From NCBI GenBank assembly GCA_054600435.1, contig BAAIJX010000024.1, forward strand, positions 248,001 to 312,000: a stretch of DNA of 64,000 bases, written 5' to 3'. The DNA comes from Neophaeotheca triangularis. Taxonomy: Eukaryota. A model generated the notes under the pieces. The model did not search any database, was not told where the DNA came from, and saw only the letters and a program-made list of their open reading frames with translations. Positions 39,401-52,131 of this stretch are shown here, in pieces (positions within the stretch are counted from its first letter, which is position 1; every line of letters begins with the position of its first letter). Both the position numbers and the translations under genes were made by a program.

Positions 39401-42400
39401 TAAGACACTTTTAGCGGAGCTTCTAGCCGACCCGTACAAATAGCCATTACTTTACACTAGAACAAGGTCATCGCTTTAACCCTATTAACGACTATGCGGT
39501 AGAACGTAGAAGCTTGGTAAGAGGATAGGTTAAAAACCTCTACTAGTAGGAATCGCTAAAGCAGATAACGAGGGCAGTATACCCGTCGTAGCCCCCTTTC
39601 TATCGTCGACGTAGGCAAGCACTTTTACCTTTAAAAGCTACCGGTCTCTCCCTAACTACTAGCTAACAAATCATTAAAGCCAAACATAGTACAACTCGTA
39701 TAACGCATTAGGAACGCACTCTTATAGGCCTACGTCGCTATAGTAGTAGTAGGTATCTCCGCCGTAGTACTCGACGACGACCCTATCGCTATAGCTAATG
39801 TCCGAAGCGTTATTACGCGGGCCTAACACTAAATCTCGCTAGTTCTCTACATTATTCTTAACTCTAAAGCGCTAAAATTCATATAGACTCGCCTCGAAAA
39901 CCTCTTCTCTACCGCTTTCACTACGATCTAGACAGAGATGTCGTTTCGCTTTAACTCCGGCCTAGAAGCTTCTACCCTTACTATATAGGACTACGTAGCT
40001 ATCGCGCTTTACGTGTTAACGCTACTAGCCGCCTACAAGACATGCCGGGGCCTATATCGCTTACTCTAGTATCTCGCGCGGTAAGTGTTTAATTAACTAA
40101 TTCTCCGAAGTATAGCGCTAATGAAACTTACATCGCTATAGTCCCGTAACGGCATCGCCTACGGCATAGGACATTAGCGAAGAAGACTACGTAAGCTTCT
40201 TAAGGCGGACGCGAGGCCGTGTTAGGAAGCATAGTCATTAAGTAAACGGCGGTTCGGTTAGTTTAGTATAGTTAGTTAGTTAAGGGGAGAGGGGAGGGGG
40301 GGAGGCGGGGTAGAAGGGGTGACTAAGGTGTCGATTACTAGGCTTTTACCGACCTCGTTATACGTTCTAGGGTTTCCTACATTCGTCGAGCGAATTAGTA
40401 CAATATAGTGTTTCGTTTCCTTCTATTAGAACCAGGCCAAATTTCATAGCTTACTTCTACTTTACTTACTTATAGACTTTTCGCCGCTACGAGTTTATAT
40501 AGCTATTGCCTCCTAACCCTTTACTACCTACCTTTTCAACCTCCCTACTTTACTATCCGTCTATTAGGCTCTCCTCCTACTTAGGGCTTATAGCTATATT
40601 GTCCGTTCCGAAATAGCGTCCGTAGCGCCTAGGCCGAACTAGGGGTTACCTAGTGGGGAAGTCGTTTAATCGTAGCAACACGGTGTAGAAAGGTGCTTCT
40701 TATAGCCTTTAAGCTCCTTAGACATGCGTATACGCTAATTACTATAGCTTAACAACTTTTCCTACCGTACTAGAGCAAGCCTTAGCGTATATATATCCCT
40801 TCCGCCCTCGATCCTTAGTCCTTCTCTTCCCTATCACTTTAGTTAGCTTCTAACTCCTAAACTTTGTACCTAGACTACGTAGACTTCCCATTTCTATCCT
40901 AAACCGCTAAAAACCCACTAATAAAACCCTAAACACTCCTAATATGGACGCTAGGCGCCTAACGGCACTTATGTCCTTCACGGCGGTTAGCGGCATGACT
41001 GCTTACCTCTTTACCACTATGCTTAACGAAGGCTCCCGGGTCTAGGCTATTACTACTATTACTACCTTTATCACCGACCTTAGTACTAGCGGCCTCCCTA
41101 CTAAGCTCTTCGACTACTACGTTAAACCTACTGTTGTCGGCCTCTTCGTCGTCTTCCGTATCGTTAACCTCGTCATCGTCGACCTAGTTACCGCCTACCT
41201 TATCGACATCGTCGACTTAGCTAACTATCTCTACCTCGAGTTCGCATACTGCTATACTAAGATGATGTACGCTCACGGTCCGATCGTCGTCTAGCCCGCT
41301 ATTCTAACCTTTATCCTCCTCTTCTACTACGCTGTCTACGCCCTTAAAGCGTGTACTATCTATCTCGCCGGAATCTTCTCTAAGCTCTACCTCACGTTAA
41401 GCGCCGGATTAATCGGTCGTTACACGACTATCGCTAATCGGTAAGCCTAGTTTCCTACTTCTCGCATCTTATATCTAGCTAACTATATAATAGTGTTAAA
41501 GTCTCCGTCTTCGGCGACCGCGAGTAAGTAACTAAGGGATTAACGGTTAAGTAGACGGTAGATAGGGGATTAGGTAGATAGCGGTAAGGCGTGAAGGGGT
41601 TAAGAGTTAGAGGAGCTGATAATTCGGAGCCTTTTAGAGCATGTTACGAGTTGCATTTTGTTCTTCTATATTGTTAGCAAGCATTATCACGATAACGGCA
41701 GCTAGGTTTATAGGTTAGGTATTTAGACGTTCGGTATTTTCATTTAGTTATCTAGACAGTCACTTAGTTTTCAAGGCCTTGTTCGTAAAAGCTTTTCGAG
41801 TCGTTCGTCACGTGCCCTTAAGTCTACTAAGTCGGTAGGAACTACTACATATGTAGTAGTTAGCGCGTACATTACCTCCTACGTAAGTACATACTAGATT
41901 TGATATATATACTATATCAACTACTATAGCACCTCCTCGTTCCTTCTTCGATCTACCGATTCGGGACTACTCGTATACGAAGGAGGAAGACGGTAAAGAT
42001 CGAGCGGAGGGCCTTACGAAATAGGCTAACGATTTCGAGTAATAGTAGAGGTAGTAAGAGATAAGGTATCGTGTTACGTAGACCTTAAAACTACAAGTAC
42101 GAGTATAGAACTAAGCTAATGTCAAATATTAGATTAAGAGAGCTTTAAGTAGTAGTAGAGAGGTAGGAGACCGTACACCGCGAGGCCTTAACAAGTAGTC
42201 GAGAAGAGCTAGAAAGCGTTAAACGCCGTCTTAATAGGGAACTCATTGCGTTCATATAAGACGAGTAACCGAATCGTATAGATGTATGGCATAAAGAATA
42301 GAAGCGAAGATTTCTTGCTACTATACGTAAAACCGACAAATCTAATTAGAGAGTCACTAAAGGCGAGCGTACCCCTTAAGCTATAGTAACCTTAAGGGTA

Positions 42401-45036
42401 GCGTTAAGCATCTACATTCCTATCTTAATTCGTACGCGCTACGCTTGTTCACGCTAGAACTTTTTATCTAGGGGCTAATCGCGCTATAGGCTAAGCTTGC
42501 CGGTAATCGCTAATAGTAGCTAGAGCGTAGTCGCAGTTTCTAGCTCTAGCTCGTAGCTTAGGTGCTTTAAAAGCTACCTAGTACCTACTAGCTTTCGCGT
42601 ACTAGGCAATGCCTTAAAAGGAAACGCCGAACGTGTCAGTTAAACTAGCTAGTAAAGAAGGCCTAACCACTACACACTCTTTTAGATCAAAGCATCGGAC
42701 GCCCCTAACATGAGTTACCGCCTTTAAGCTAACTTAAGTGCCCCTTAGCGTAAACGTAAAGTATCTTTCGAGACAGATCTTCTTAAGGTCGACGACGGCG
42801 AAGTCGAAAGCGCTATTTAGGACTATAGCACTTAAGTGGCCGGGGCCGTAAAGCGCACTAAAACCACGCAATCCACAGACCTATACACTCCTTATAACAC
42901 CCGTATCCATAAGTCGAAGCTATCGCGTTCGCACCTCGAGAGCGCTACTAGCATAGAGCGAGTGTTTAAGGCTATTAGGAAGGGAGCTATCGCGGTCGAC
43001 AAGCTATAAGAGAGACAAAAAACAACATCATTAATTCTACTAGCCTTTAAGCTAATGCCGAGAAGGAAGCCATTTAGCGAGCGACTTGCTTACCTCGAGA
43101 CTACTACTACGCAATACAGTAAGGTGATCGCCGACCTCTAGAAAAAGGATACTAAAGGCTACTCTAAACCTTACGATAGCAAGGACTACGCGGTACTGTA
43201 GGGCAAGTTTAGTTAGGATAATCGAATCGACATACTTCTTATAGCTACGGACTCGTAGACTATAGCATTAGACGAGATTTAGGTGCTCTTTTACCCCTTC
43301 TCGAGCCTAGTCTTGTCCTAAGTATCCTGCTACGGAAGACGAAGGATCGAAGGCGAAGGAGAGGGGACAGCTCGGCGCTATCTATAGTTTTGCATCCTCC
43401 CGCTAGTCTGCATTACCGCGCTACGGAGGAGCGGAAAATGGATCGTAGGCAAAGTGAAAGCTAAGGGCATGCGGTATAGTAACGTTATCCTTTAACTCTC
43501 CTACTTACCGGCCTCTACCTTACTTTAAAGAATTTGCATCGTTTACTAGCCCGTGTATTCCGCACACTTTTTCGCTATGTCCGCCGTAAAAGATTTATAG
43601 CCTACTATTACTGCCCTCCCTACTATGCCCTTACTACGGTCCTTTAGTAATGCTTCTAGCACGGCGAGTATTAGAATATAATGAAGACGAAGTAAGTTTT
43701 CATGTTGCAACATTAATACTAGACTACTAATTCAAGAGTACAAAATAGCCATGTAACAAAATCCCCGTACAAAAGCCCTTACCTGTCTATAGCACCTCCC
43801 TAGTAAGGATAATCCCTTACTAGGTCCTAATCTAAGTTCGAGAGGCGTACGATAAAGAACCTAGAAGGTACTCTACAAACATTCCATTAATCCTCGTAAC
43901 ATCTCCCCTTCCCCGTTCTCCCGCTAACCGGCGCCCTAAAGTGCCTAGACAATCCTTATACCTTCGTTCACTGCCGGCCCTTCTAAACCTCCGTAGGGAA
44001 CAGGCTATTTATCTCGATGCGGTCGCGGGCACTTATGTCGTTAATACCGGACCTGTCGACGATCTTCTATAGCTAATCTAACTTGAACTAAAGGCTCCTT
44101 AGCTTTATGTCGTAGCTATCCTAGCGATACTCGATATAAGCTAGGCGATCGTCGAGTGCCTATAGGCGCTTAGGATTAAGGGCGGTCTTTTGCATATACT
44201 TAATTATAGCTAAATTATATTAGAGTTTCTTATAGTTAGCGTCGTCGTCTTTCTTAGAGGAAGCTTGCTTTTGCTTTAATAACATCACTAAGGACGCGGA
44301 TGCACGACGGGCAGTAGTAGAGGCCTTTAAGACCCTCGGCTTACCTTTAAACTTAGTGCTTAAGCCGGGCGATTTTGTATATGGGCGCGACGGACGGCTA
44401 CTAGCCGAGATGTTGTTAGAGATAAGGTATAAGCTTAGGAGAGGGTCTACGAACTAATCTTCTAACTCTATACTAGAGCTAGACATAGCTATAAGCGAAG
44501 GTCGGCGAGTATACGACTATATGGTTAGGAGAGTCGAGCTAGTTAAGGAAGGGTGTTAAAATCACGTGTAGAGTGAATAGGTCAGTATAGCACGCTTCTA
44601 CATGCAATAAAAGTTAGATTCTGCCTTATAGGTTTGTTTAAAGACGCCTACTTACGACAAGGCGCGTGTAAGGTAAGCGATGTTTAAAAGCCTTCAAGTA
44701 ATTATTGCCTTTATAAGCCGCCGTTAAAGTTAACGCTCATTAAGAGCCGTTACAAACGAGATGCTAACACTAACGGATGCTGCCTAGGCTTTACTAGGGC
44801 TATTAGCAGTTTATTAACATCTACGTATTCTCGTAATAATAGCGTATCCGCGCCTTATCTGCCTTTATAGTCCTAATGACTAGGGATATGCACTTGACAT
44901 ATAGGCATCCTATTCGGGTACGGGCTTATAGAGTAGCCTATAGCAGCTCGTTTGCCGTAGCGCTATCGACTAGTAGACTACGGCAAATTCAATCTTCTCC
45001 CCTCTCTTAGTAGTACATTAGTTGTTATAGGCGACG

Positions 45037-47217
45037 ATGATGTCTCCCTTATCGAAACGATAGCCGCTCAAAATCCTAGAACTAGTACTTCTACATAGTA
45101 GAGGTGCGCTGTTCGAAGCTAACGTCTTCTCTATACTCCGAAAAAGCCTATATATCGTCCGGTCGTTTAAATTCTCCCCTACTAATGGCGCCGTTAACTA
45201 CATAAGACAGTACGGCCTCTAAGACGATTACACTATAAGATTTCATCACCTTAATTCCTAGCTTCCTAGACAGTAGAGCTAGTACCTCCTCTTCGACGTT
45301 AAATCCTCCTTAGACACGCTCGACTATTACCTCGTGACGGAACTAGAGCAAAAGCGTCTAGTTACGTTCTACATTGCAATGTACGCTTCTAACCCTTCCT
45401 TCGTCGACATGTTCCTAAATCTAGACTAAGACATGCGCGACACGGTAATAAGTAGTACGAAACCTGATAACGACTACGGCTCGTAAGAAAAGCAGGAGGG
45501 CAAAATGTCAGTGAACGTTCGACGGAAGTCATAGCTACGAGGCGGCACCTTCGGCATACTAGACTAAAGCTCCGCGCCTTATCGCATGCTAATCGCATTA
45601 CTTCTAGTTACTATCGAAAACATTAGGCGATACGTGACCTATAGCTAGACGTACATTAACCTATAGACCGGTGTGATATTTAAGAACTAGAAACCTATCC
45701 TCGTAATGCAACCTATATGGCTAAGGCCTATAGAGTATACAGCGCACTTTACAGCCTATAAGTTAGCTATTCACATCATGAGGTGCGATTCGTACGCCCG
45801 TTAACTAAACTTCCGCCTAATTAACCTCGTACCACGACTCGCGGACTTCAGTTTCCATGGCTGTCTTATCTAGTACAAAGTAGACAACATCCTACGGCTC
45901 TCGAGCACGACTTTTAATGACGTGCTTATGTCGCGTAAAATAAGGACTAGTACCGCGTATCATTACTTTAACACATTCGAGCTTTTTGACTTCTTTTTCT
46001 ACGAGTTCGAGATTAAGGCTAAACTACCTCGTAAAGTCTTCTTTTTTATACCCGAGAGCGAGTTCCCCGATTCGTTCTACACTAAGACGGTAATACGTGA
46101 CAGTTTCGAGCTATACCGAAAACGTTTCCTTATCGACCTTAACGACGACCTTAAGTAGATAACAAAAGTACAGGACATCATATAGCGTTACCTATAGGCT
46201 CGGAAAGCTAGCTATCGCCCCCTACGGGAGGTAGTAGCTAACCTATTAGTGCTACTTTTAGGCGATAGCGACAATGACAACGACGACGACTACTACGGCC
46301 TCGGCAACGGCGATTACGATTCGTTAGCAGCGTATAGGAAGTAGAAAGCAAGCAAACATAAAGTAGGCAAGTAGGGGGTAGCGAACACGAGTTCTAAAGA
46401 GCATACTATACTTATAAGGTCAGCCTTTCGTCACGGTCGATTCTTCTATAAGGTCATAGATCGATACGCTCGGCGAAGGTCGATACTAGTCATCGTTTTA
46501 GCTCCGAATTATACACTTAGGGACTTTAGTGTCTACCGCTATAAGTAGACTCTTAGTAAGTAGTACGACTAGTTTAAACGAGGTAAGCCTCCGTAGGTCG
46601 CTAATACGCTACCGAGTAGCATGCTAATAGTCCCGTTACTTTTCTTTTCGTAAGTCTATAAAGCCGGCTTTATTAGAGCTAAGCTTAGCATACCCTAATT
46701 TAGACGTCTAGATACGAGTACCCTTAGAAGATTAGTCCTTTAGGATATCGCCGGCTATAACACTACTACCTATATGCCTTTAGTACCCGCAATAGTGCCC
46801 TTACAGGACATCTAGCCTACCTAAAGCTAGCGAGAGATCTTCTACGAAAAGACTAGGGCGGAAGGGGAGTAGTCCCTTATAACTCTAGAAGTCTCCTACT
46901 TTCTTAATACTAGTCGCTTCCTATCCGAGTATTCTGTTAGATTAGGTCCGCAAAACTACTCTCGCGCAGGTAAGGATAAAGTGTAGGGTGAGGTTTAGAC
47001 TCTTCTCGAGCGTTTTACGGGTCTTTAATCGTTTTAGTATCTACCGGGTCTAGAGCGTAATCCTACGCAATTGCGCTGTACTTTACAAACAATCTACTAA
47101 GCACTTGCTAACTAGCAGACCGCCGACCTCGAGTAGGTCTAAACTAGAGCGGATTCCGACCGAGTTAATATAAGCTATAGAGCATATTTAGTCGATTTGC
47201 TTACTAATTCAAACTAA
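45037..47217 (+). pseudogene. RIP-inactivated tyrosine recombinase (DUF3435/captain-like), copy 2
   Basis: One reading frame of about 725 codons interrupted only by TAA/TAG. Motifs occur in tyrosine-recombinase order: LIRSAFRHG (R at 46429), LGDFSVY...FKRGK (K), E(Y/H)SVRSG (HxxR at 46930-46941; TAT may be RIP'd CAT), then QTGADSDRVNVSYRAY (candidate catalytic Y near 47176-47187). Boundaries approximate. Confidence 0.68.
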
Positions 47218-47323
47218 ACTTTTACCCTATAGTACTTGTTTACTTTAATTCACTTTAAAATCTCTAAACACTAAAAAAAACTATTCAATGTCAAAATAAA
47301 CAATATCCTCTAAGGAAAATACT

Positions 47324-47330
47324 AAAAAAA
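47324..47330 (-). terminator. Probable Pol III terminator (T7) for the tRNA, located inside the element end
   Basis: First run of at least 5 T on the minus strand downstream of the tRNA, 35 nt after the discriminator base. Confidence 0.6.
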
Positions 47331-47364
47331 TTGTTATAGGCTTAATTTTTCCCATTCCCGGGGA

Positions 47365-47443
47365 CGACCAACATGGGACTCGAACCCACAACCTTCCGCT
47401 AATCAGTTAGGAGGCGGACGCTCTACCATTGAGCCAATCGGCC
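47365..47443 (-). tRNA. tRNA-Arg(CCT) with a 7-nt intron
   Basis: GGCCGAT-TG-GCTC-AATGGTA-GAGC-G-TCCGC-CTCCTA[ACTGATT]A-GCGGA-AGGTT-GTGGG-TTCGAGT-CCCAT-GTTGGTC-G folds into a full cloverleaf with A and B boxes. Confidence 0.93.
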
Positions 47444-50400
47444 GACTACTTGCATATGCCGAAATCTGCAGCAAATCGAATATAAATCTGTGTTGTTGTA
47501 CTCCACACGCTTTATCCCAACCAATCTGCCTCGAAGCTCGCACCACTCGTGAATGGCGATTCTCGCTCGACCAAAGCCGTGCAAGCCCCCAAGAGTTTCT
47601 TTGTTCGACAAATGCGTGCGCGCCTAATAGGGTTCTCCACGGCGGTCTTTCGGCGGTTCCGGCTAACCCTGACCCTACTCGGAGTCAATCGTAGAGCCCG
47701 GAACGAGCGCTACGCCACTGCGTCTTGTCGTTCTATCGGTTGGAGTATTTTATACCTTGATCCGATGGAAATGTGGCCATCCCAAATATTCCGAGAGGTG
47801 AGGTCAAAGGGAAAATTGTCTGAATATTGAAGGTGCGAGTACGACAGGTATGGACGTCCCGCTGTCATGTTGAAGTGGCGGTTTTGATAGAAGTGGGCGA
47901 CTTTAAGGTGAAGAGGGGAGGGAAGGTAAGTGTAGAGACCACGCAAAGGTTGTCCGGGCGGGCGAGAATTTGTATCAATTGTGCGATCAGCTAAATTCTA
48001 GTATGAGGTGATAGGTATCGTGTTCTTTTCGATTCCTAAGTATGTAAGTAGATGGCTTCGTCCTGGAAGTTGGCAGCTTCCCACTACTACAGCCTACAGC
48101 CCGAGGTCTTGGAATGGGAGAGCGCTTGCCTAGTGCGATTTCGTTAACACAGACAGAACGGAGAGATGTGTCGAGACCAGATGTATCGATACGCTCTATG
48201 AGCTTCTGGAACTACCCGTTACTACGCATTTCAGACGGTAGTTCTGCCTCGCCTATCGACAGCTAGGCCTCGGGAATTGGTGAGATTGCCAGGGATAAAG
48301 TGCCTACTGCAAGCAGTGAAGATATGATCTCTATATGCACTACAATTGACTTAAGTTATTTAGCACTACTTGAACCGTATCTCGTATACAATGGCCGTAA
48401 CACCTCCCTCGCAACTCCACTCCAAAGCAAGCCGGTTCATACCTTGCCCTCTTTCTTTTCGGCCCCCCCCTCGAAGCATAAATCCGGAAATGTGCTGAGA
48501 TCGCACGGGTTTTGGAGGCGCACGATGGGCGCTCGAGATGTCGCTGAATCTCGACACGACGGAGACAGGTAGCTGAGAGGGAACCGAGGAATTGGGACTT
48601 CTTGGCGAAGATTTCGAAGTGTCCGGCCCAGAGGGAAAGTCGGAGGTCGTATGGCAGAGTAAAACAGAGCGGAACCGTAAAGAAGACCCCGACATGCAGC
48701 TGCTCATCGCAGCCTTACCATGTGGATATCTGGCACCACTCTTTCCCCATCCATCGAAGAGCCTTCGGTCAAGCAAGAGAAAGCGAGCCAGTTGGATCCG
48801 CAAGATATCAGCGTCTAGCCGCCGTCCGCCGCACAAACAGCGCGGCCACCGCCCCGTCTCAACACGAACATCTACTCGCTTCACCTTAAAAACCAAGTCC
48901 AAAACTCCAGCGGCGAGCACGAGATAGGCATGTGCTGTCCCTTCGCAGCAACCACCCTCACCGCTCCCTAATACCTTGAGACACCCAGACTACGAAAATC
49001 TACCCACTATGCTGACCGCCTCTTGATAGCAAATAAGTCAAGGCAGATAACCGTTGCTACACCAAAAAAAAAAAAAAAGCACCATCATGGCAAAAACTGC
49101 CGTCCACGTTTGTCCTCGCCTACCGGTACCAGTGCAGTGGGTTTTGACAGGTGCGCGGTGTCCCCATCGCTCGTTTGCCGTGTCGCACAGCACGAACGTG
49201 GTGTCGGGAGCGAAATTACAACGCGGCATGCGAGTAGCCGGGTGCAGGTCGACCGGGTTTGTGCTGCGATGGGGGGCCGGGCGGATGAAGCTTCCACTGG
49301 AAATGAATTTGGAGATTTGAGATTGGGGGAATTGGAGCGGCTGGACGGGGTTTGTTTGCTCGACGAGCTGCTTGCGAGGACGTGAGTGTTCGCGGTGCGG
49401 GATCGGTCCTTACGCAGTGGTAATTGTTAGGGATAGAGCTGGCTGGTCTGATCCATTGGAAGAGCGGTGAAAAGCAGCGCGCGGATAGATGCAGTTTTGT
49501 TGACGTGCTTGGACGGACGAATTTGGGTGATTGAGTTGTCGGCCAGGATCGATGTTTGCGTGCTTACGACTGCGTTTGGCTTCCTGTATTTGTGGCAATT
49601 CCTTCGATCATCCTGTACAAGGCAATGGCTTCGGAGGCGGAACTTCAACGTCAAAGCGACAAGCGTTAGGAGGGGAAACCTTTGTGGCACCGTCGACGGT
49701 TTACTTTGATGGCAAGTCGCATTTCGTTGGAGAGAAGCGTGGACTAGAATGTCTGCAGCGACCTTCACAACGACAGGGACAACGAAGATGCGGTATCGCA
49801 AACCTCGAGTATCAACAAACCTTGCAAACGGTCGGCCGCCTCGTAAACTCCCTTCATGCAAGCATCCAGCCAATCAAAAAATGTCCAAGTGATGTTTTGC
49901 CTGTCAAAGTAGTGTTGGGCTCCAAACGCGCGACGTGGACGCCCTAACGCAAGCGCTGCAGCCTCGCAGCTCTTGGCCGGTTCCGTTCATGCAGCTCGCT
50001 CGTTCACTACTCGCTTGCTATGACTTCTGCAACCTTTTACCTGCTTAGGAGGGCTGCAGGCTTGATTACTGGTGCTTTTTCCACCGCAGCTCCCCGCTGT
50101 GGAATTTTGCTATTGTTCGTTGGTCGGCCGCGCTCAGCGCAGGCTCGACTTTTTTTGCGCATATGGCTTGCTTGCTTGCTCGTTTCCATCGGGTTCGTTT
50201 GCTGCCTTTTGGGCCGAGGACGCTTTCTCGCATGAACACCTGCACGCTGATGGGGCCGAAATTTCTTTATGCTTTATTGGCGTGGAGATTGCGAGTGCGT
50301 TGATTTTTCCCGTGGCTTGCTAGTTGTCGTAATGCTCGCTGGCTGTTTTTCGACTGCCGTTGTCCAGTGCAAGGGTGGTGGTCGTGGGAGAATGTACAAG

Positions 50401-51256
50401 CGTTGGCCGGGCGCCTGCATTCGGGTGTTGCTCTGCCGTCTCCGCACGCTGTAGTAGCCTGCTCTTCGATTTGTCCGGCGTGGATTATAGGATTCGTCCT
50501 CACCCGCGCGCACCGTATGCCCGACAATCAATGAGGCGGCCATGACATCTGCAGCTGCATGCACGCCGCCTCTCATCGTTCTAGCTCTACCGGTTCACCT
50601 TAAAGCGTCCCGTCCCAGCCCTTTGCGATCCGACACGCTGGCGCGGTAAGTCCTGTCGAGGCAGGGCTGCTGGAAGAGAGGACCACACTGTCAATGCAAG
50701 AACCCTTCGATACCCCTCCGCATCGTTTCCACCTGGTCAATTGGCAGAGTCAAGCCAACGCACACCCTCCTTCGCCCGAAAATTTGACCCCAACACATAG
50801 CTCTCACTTCATTCTACGCTGTTCCCAAACGGCAAGCCATCAAATGGGCAAGTGCAGCGGCTCTGCCTGCTGACATCGGAAAGCTGCGCCAGCCGACAAC
50901 GCTTTGCTCTGTTGGCAGCAATAAAACACCGCGATTGACAATCAAAGGCCAGGAAAGGAAAAGCAAAAGGAAGGAGGCGGGCTGCGGGCAGCGTATAAGA
51001 GAGTAGTCGTGGACCGCGCTTCTACTTGACCTTCTCTCCTTGCCGCTAAGTCGATCTTATCATAGCCCGCTACCATTCATTCGATAACCGAGTGCTGCAT
51101 TGTCAACTGCTTCGCATTCTACTAGTCTTTCACTTTAACGCTAGTCAACCATCTTGGACGAAATCAGGAACCAGACCTACCTGGCCTAGCCTACCTTGAC
51201 CGAAGATCACAACCAACGCTCGCCTTGCATACCATAGTACCTCCGACTCTGTCATC

Positions 51257-51733
51257 ATGTCTTCGAACGGCTCCCAGGCGTCAGCCTCACCCATTCCTAC
51301 GACGCAGCATTACCAAGACAGGCTTGCTAGTGAGTAGAGCAATGGACTCAGCCGCGGACCAGTCCAGGACTGACCTGAATCTTAGGTTACTGCCGCAACA
51401 ACGGCGGCCGCCAACCGACTTGGCAAATCGTATCTGATCGTCGAGGTATGCGTTGGCAACCAGAGCCTTGACGCTGCGAGACTGACTAGAATTTTTCCAG
51501 GCGCAAGAACAGCTTGGAGCTGCACTGTCGTCGTCGGAGGCCAATCTGTCCAGGCACGCTTCTGGTACGACGGACAATATGTCAACAGCGCTCGCGAGGA
51601 TGCCGCAGAGCGAGCCCTGGAGATTCTCGGGCAGATTCCCAGCCCCAACGGACCAAGGCCAGCGCACCTCCAGGCTCAGCAACAACAGCAGCAGCAGCCG
51701 CCTTGTTACCGTCAGGGGACTGTGACGAACTAG
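51257..51733 (+). CDS. Small dsRNA-binding-motif (dsRBD-like) protein; exons 51257-51329, 51386-51445, 51501-51733
   Basis: Two GT-AG introns with CTGAC branch sites. Spliced product contains IVSDRRGARTAWSCTVVVGGQSVQARFWYDGQYVNSAREDAAERAL, a conserved fungal motif. Confidence 0.88.
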
Positions 51734-52131
51734 TCGGGTGGTTGTCGGTCGGCTTACTGCTTGGAGCTTTCTTCGCTGGTGTTGAGTATCATTTGGTGGA
51801 CGTTTTCGTCCAAACTTGGTCCTCGGTCGATGGTGGAATCCGAGTGAACAGGCTTCGGTTTGGGTGAAGGGGTTTCTGGATTCTGCGTTGGTATGGTCAC
51901 CGCAAAAGGACTGGGTGGAGGACAGCAGTCTTTCGTTTTTCCTTTGATGTAATCTAGAAAAGGATCGGCATGATGAGAGGCAGAGTAACGAGGTTCAGAT
52001 AGTGTTTTGCCTTCTTTACTTCAGATAGCTGAACCTCGTTGATATAAGTTAGCATGAGTGTCGCGGTATGGCAGTCAAGGCGGTGTACTAGAACAAGGTG
52101 TATACAGTATGTAAAAGGTAGGACAGAAGCA

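Larger units (their letters stand above)
1..47368. other. RIP-mutated repeat compartment
   Basis: Strong depletion of CpA/TpG and excess TpA/TAG/TAA. Duplicated segments differ mostly by C>T and G>A transitions. No ORF over about 112 aa. The signature stops abruptly at the tRNA. Confidence 0.97.
10894..47368 (+). mobile_element. Copy 2 of the tyrosine-recombinase (Starship-like) element, integrated at the tRNA-Arg 3' end; about 22 kb after removing LTR insertions
   Basis: Bounded on the left by the attP-like junction (10868-10915) and on the right by the core ACGAC overlapping the tRNA 3' end. Carries a recombinase at the right end and a Myb/SANT gene near the left end. Confidence 0.78.
38719..47368 (+). 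repeat. 8.65 kb direct repeat, copy B
   Basis: Aligns to 2245-10893 with mostly transitions, two 6-bp indels, one 1-bp indel and a few transversions. Confidence 0.97.

Noticed and set aside
1661..46158. Short ORF-track entries within the RIP'd region as functional genes
   Set aside because: They are stop-free remnants or antisense shadows of RIP-destroyed frames and TE genes.
46970..47118. Intron in the recombinase 3' region (GTAAGG...GCTAAC...CAG)
   Set aside because: Splicing at these sites shifts the frame away from the candidate Tyr motif, while the unspliced frame is continuous. Left unresolved.
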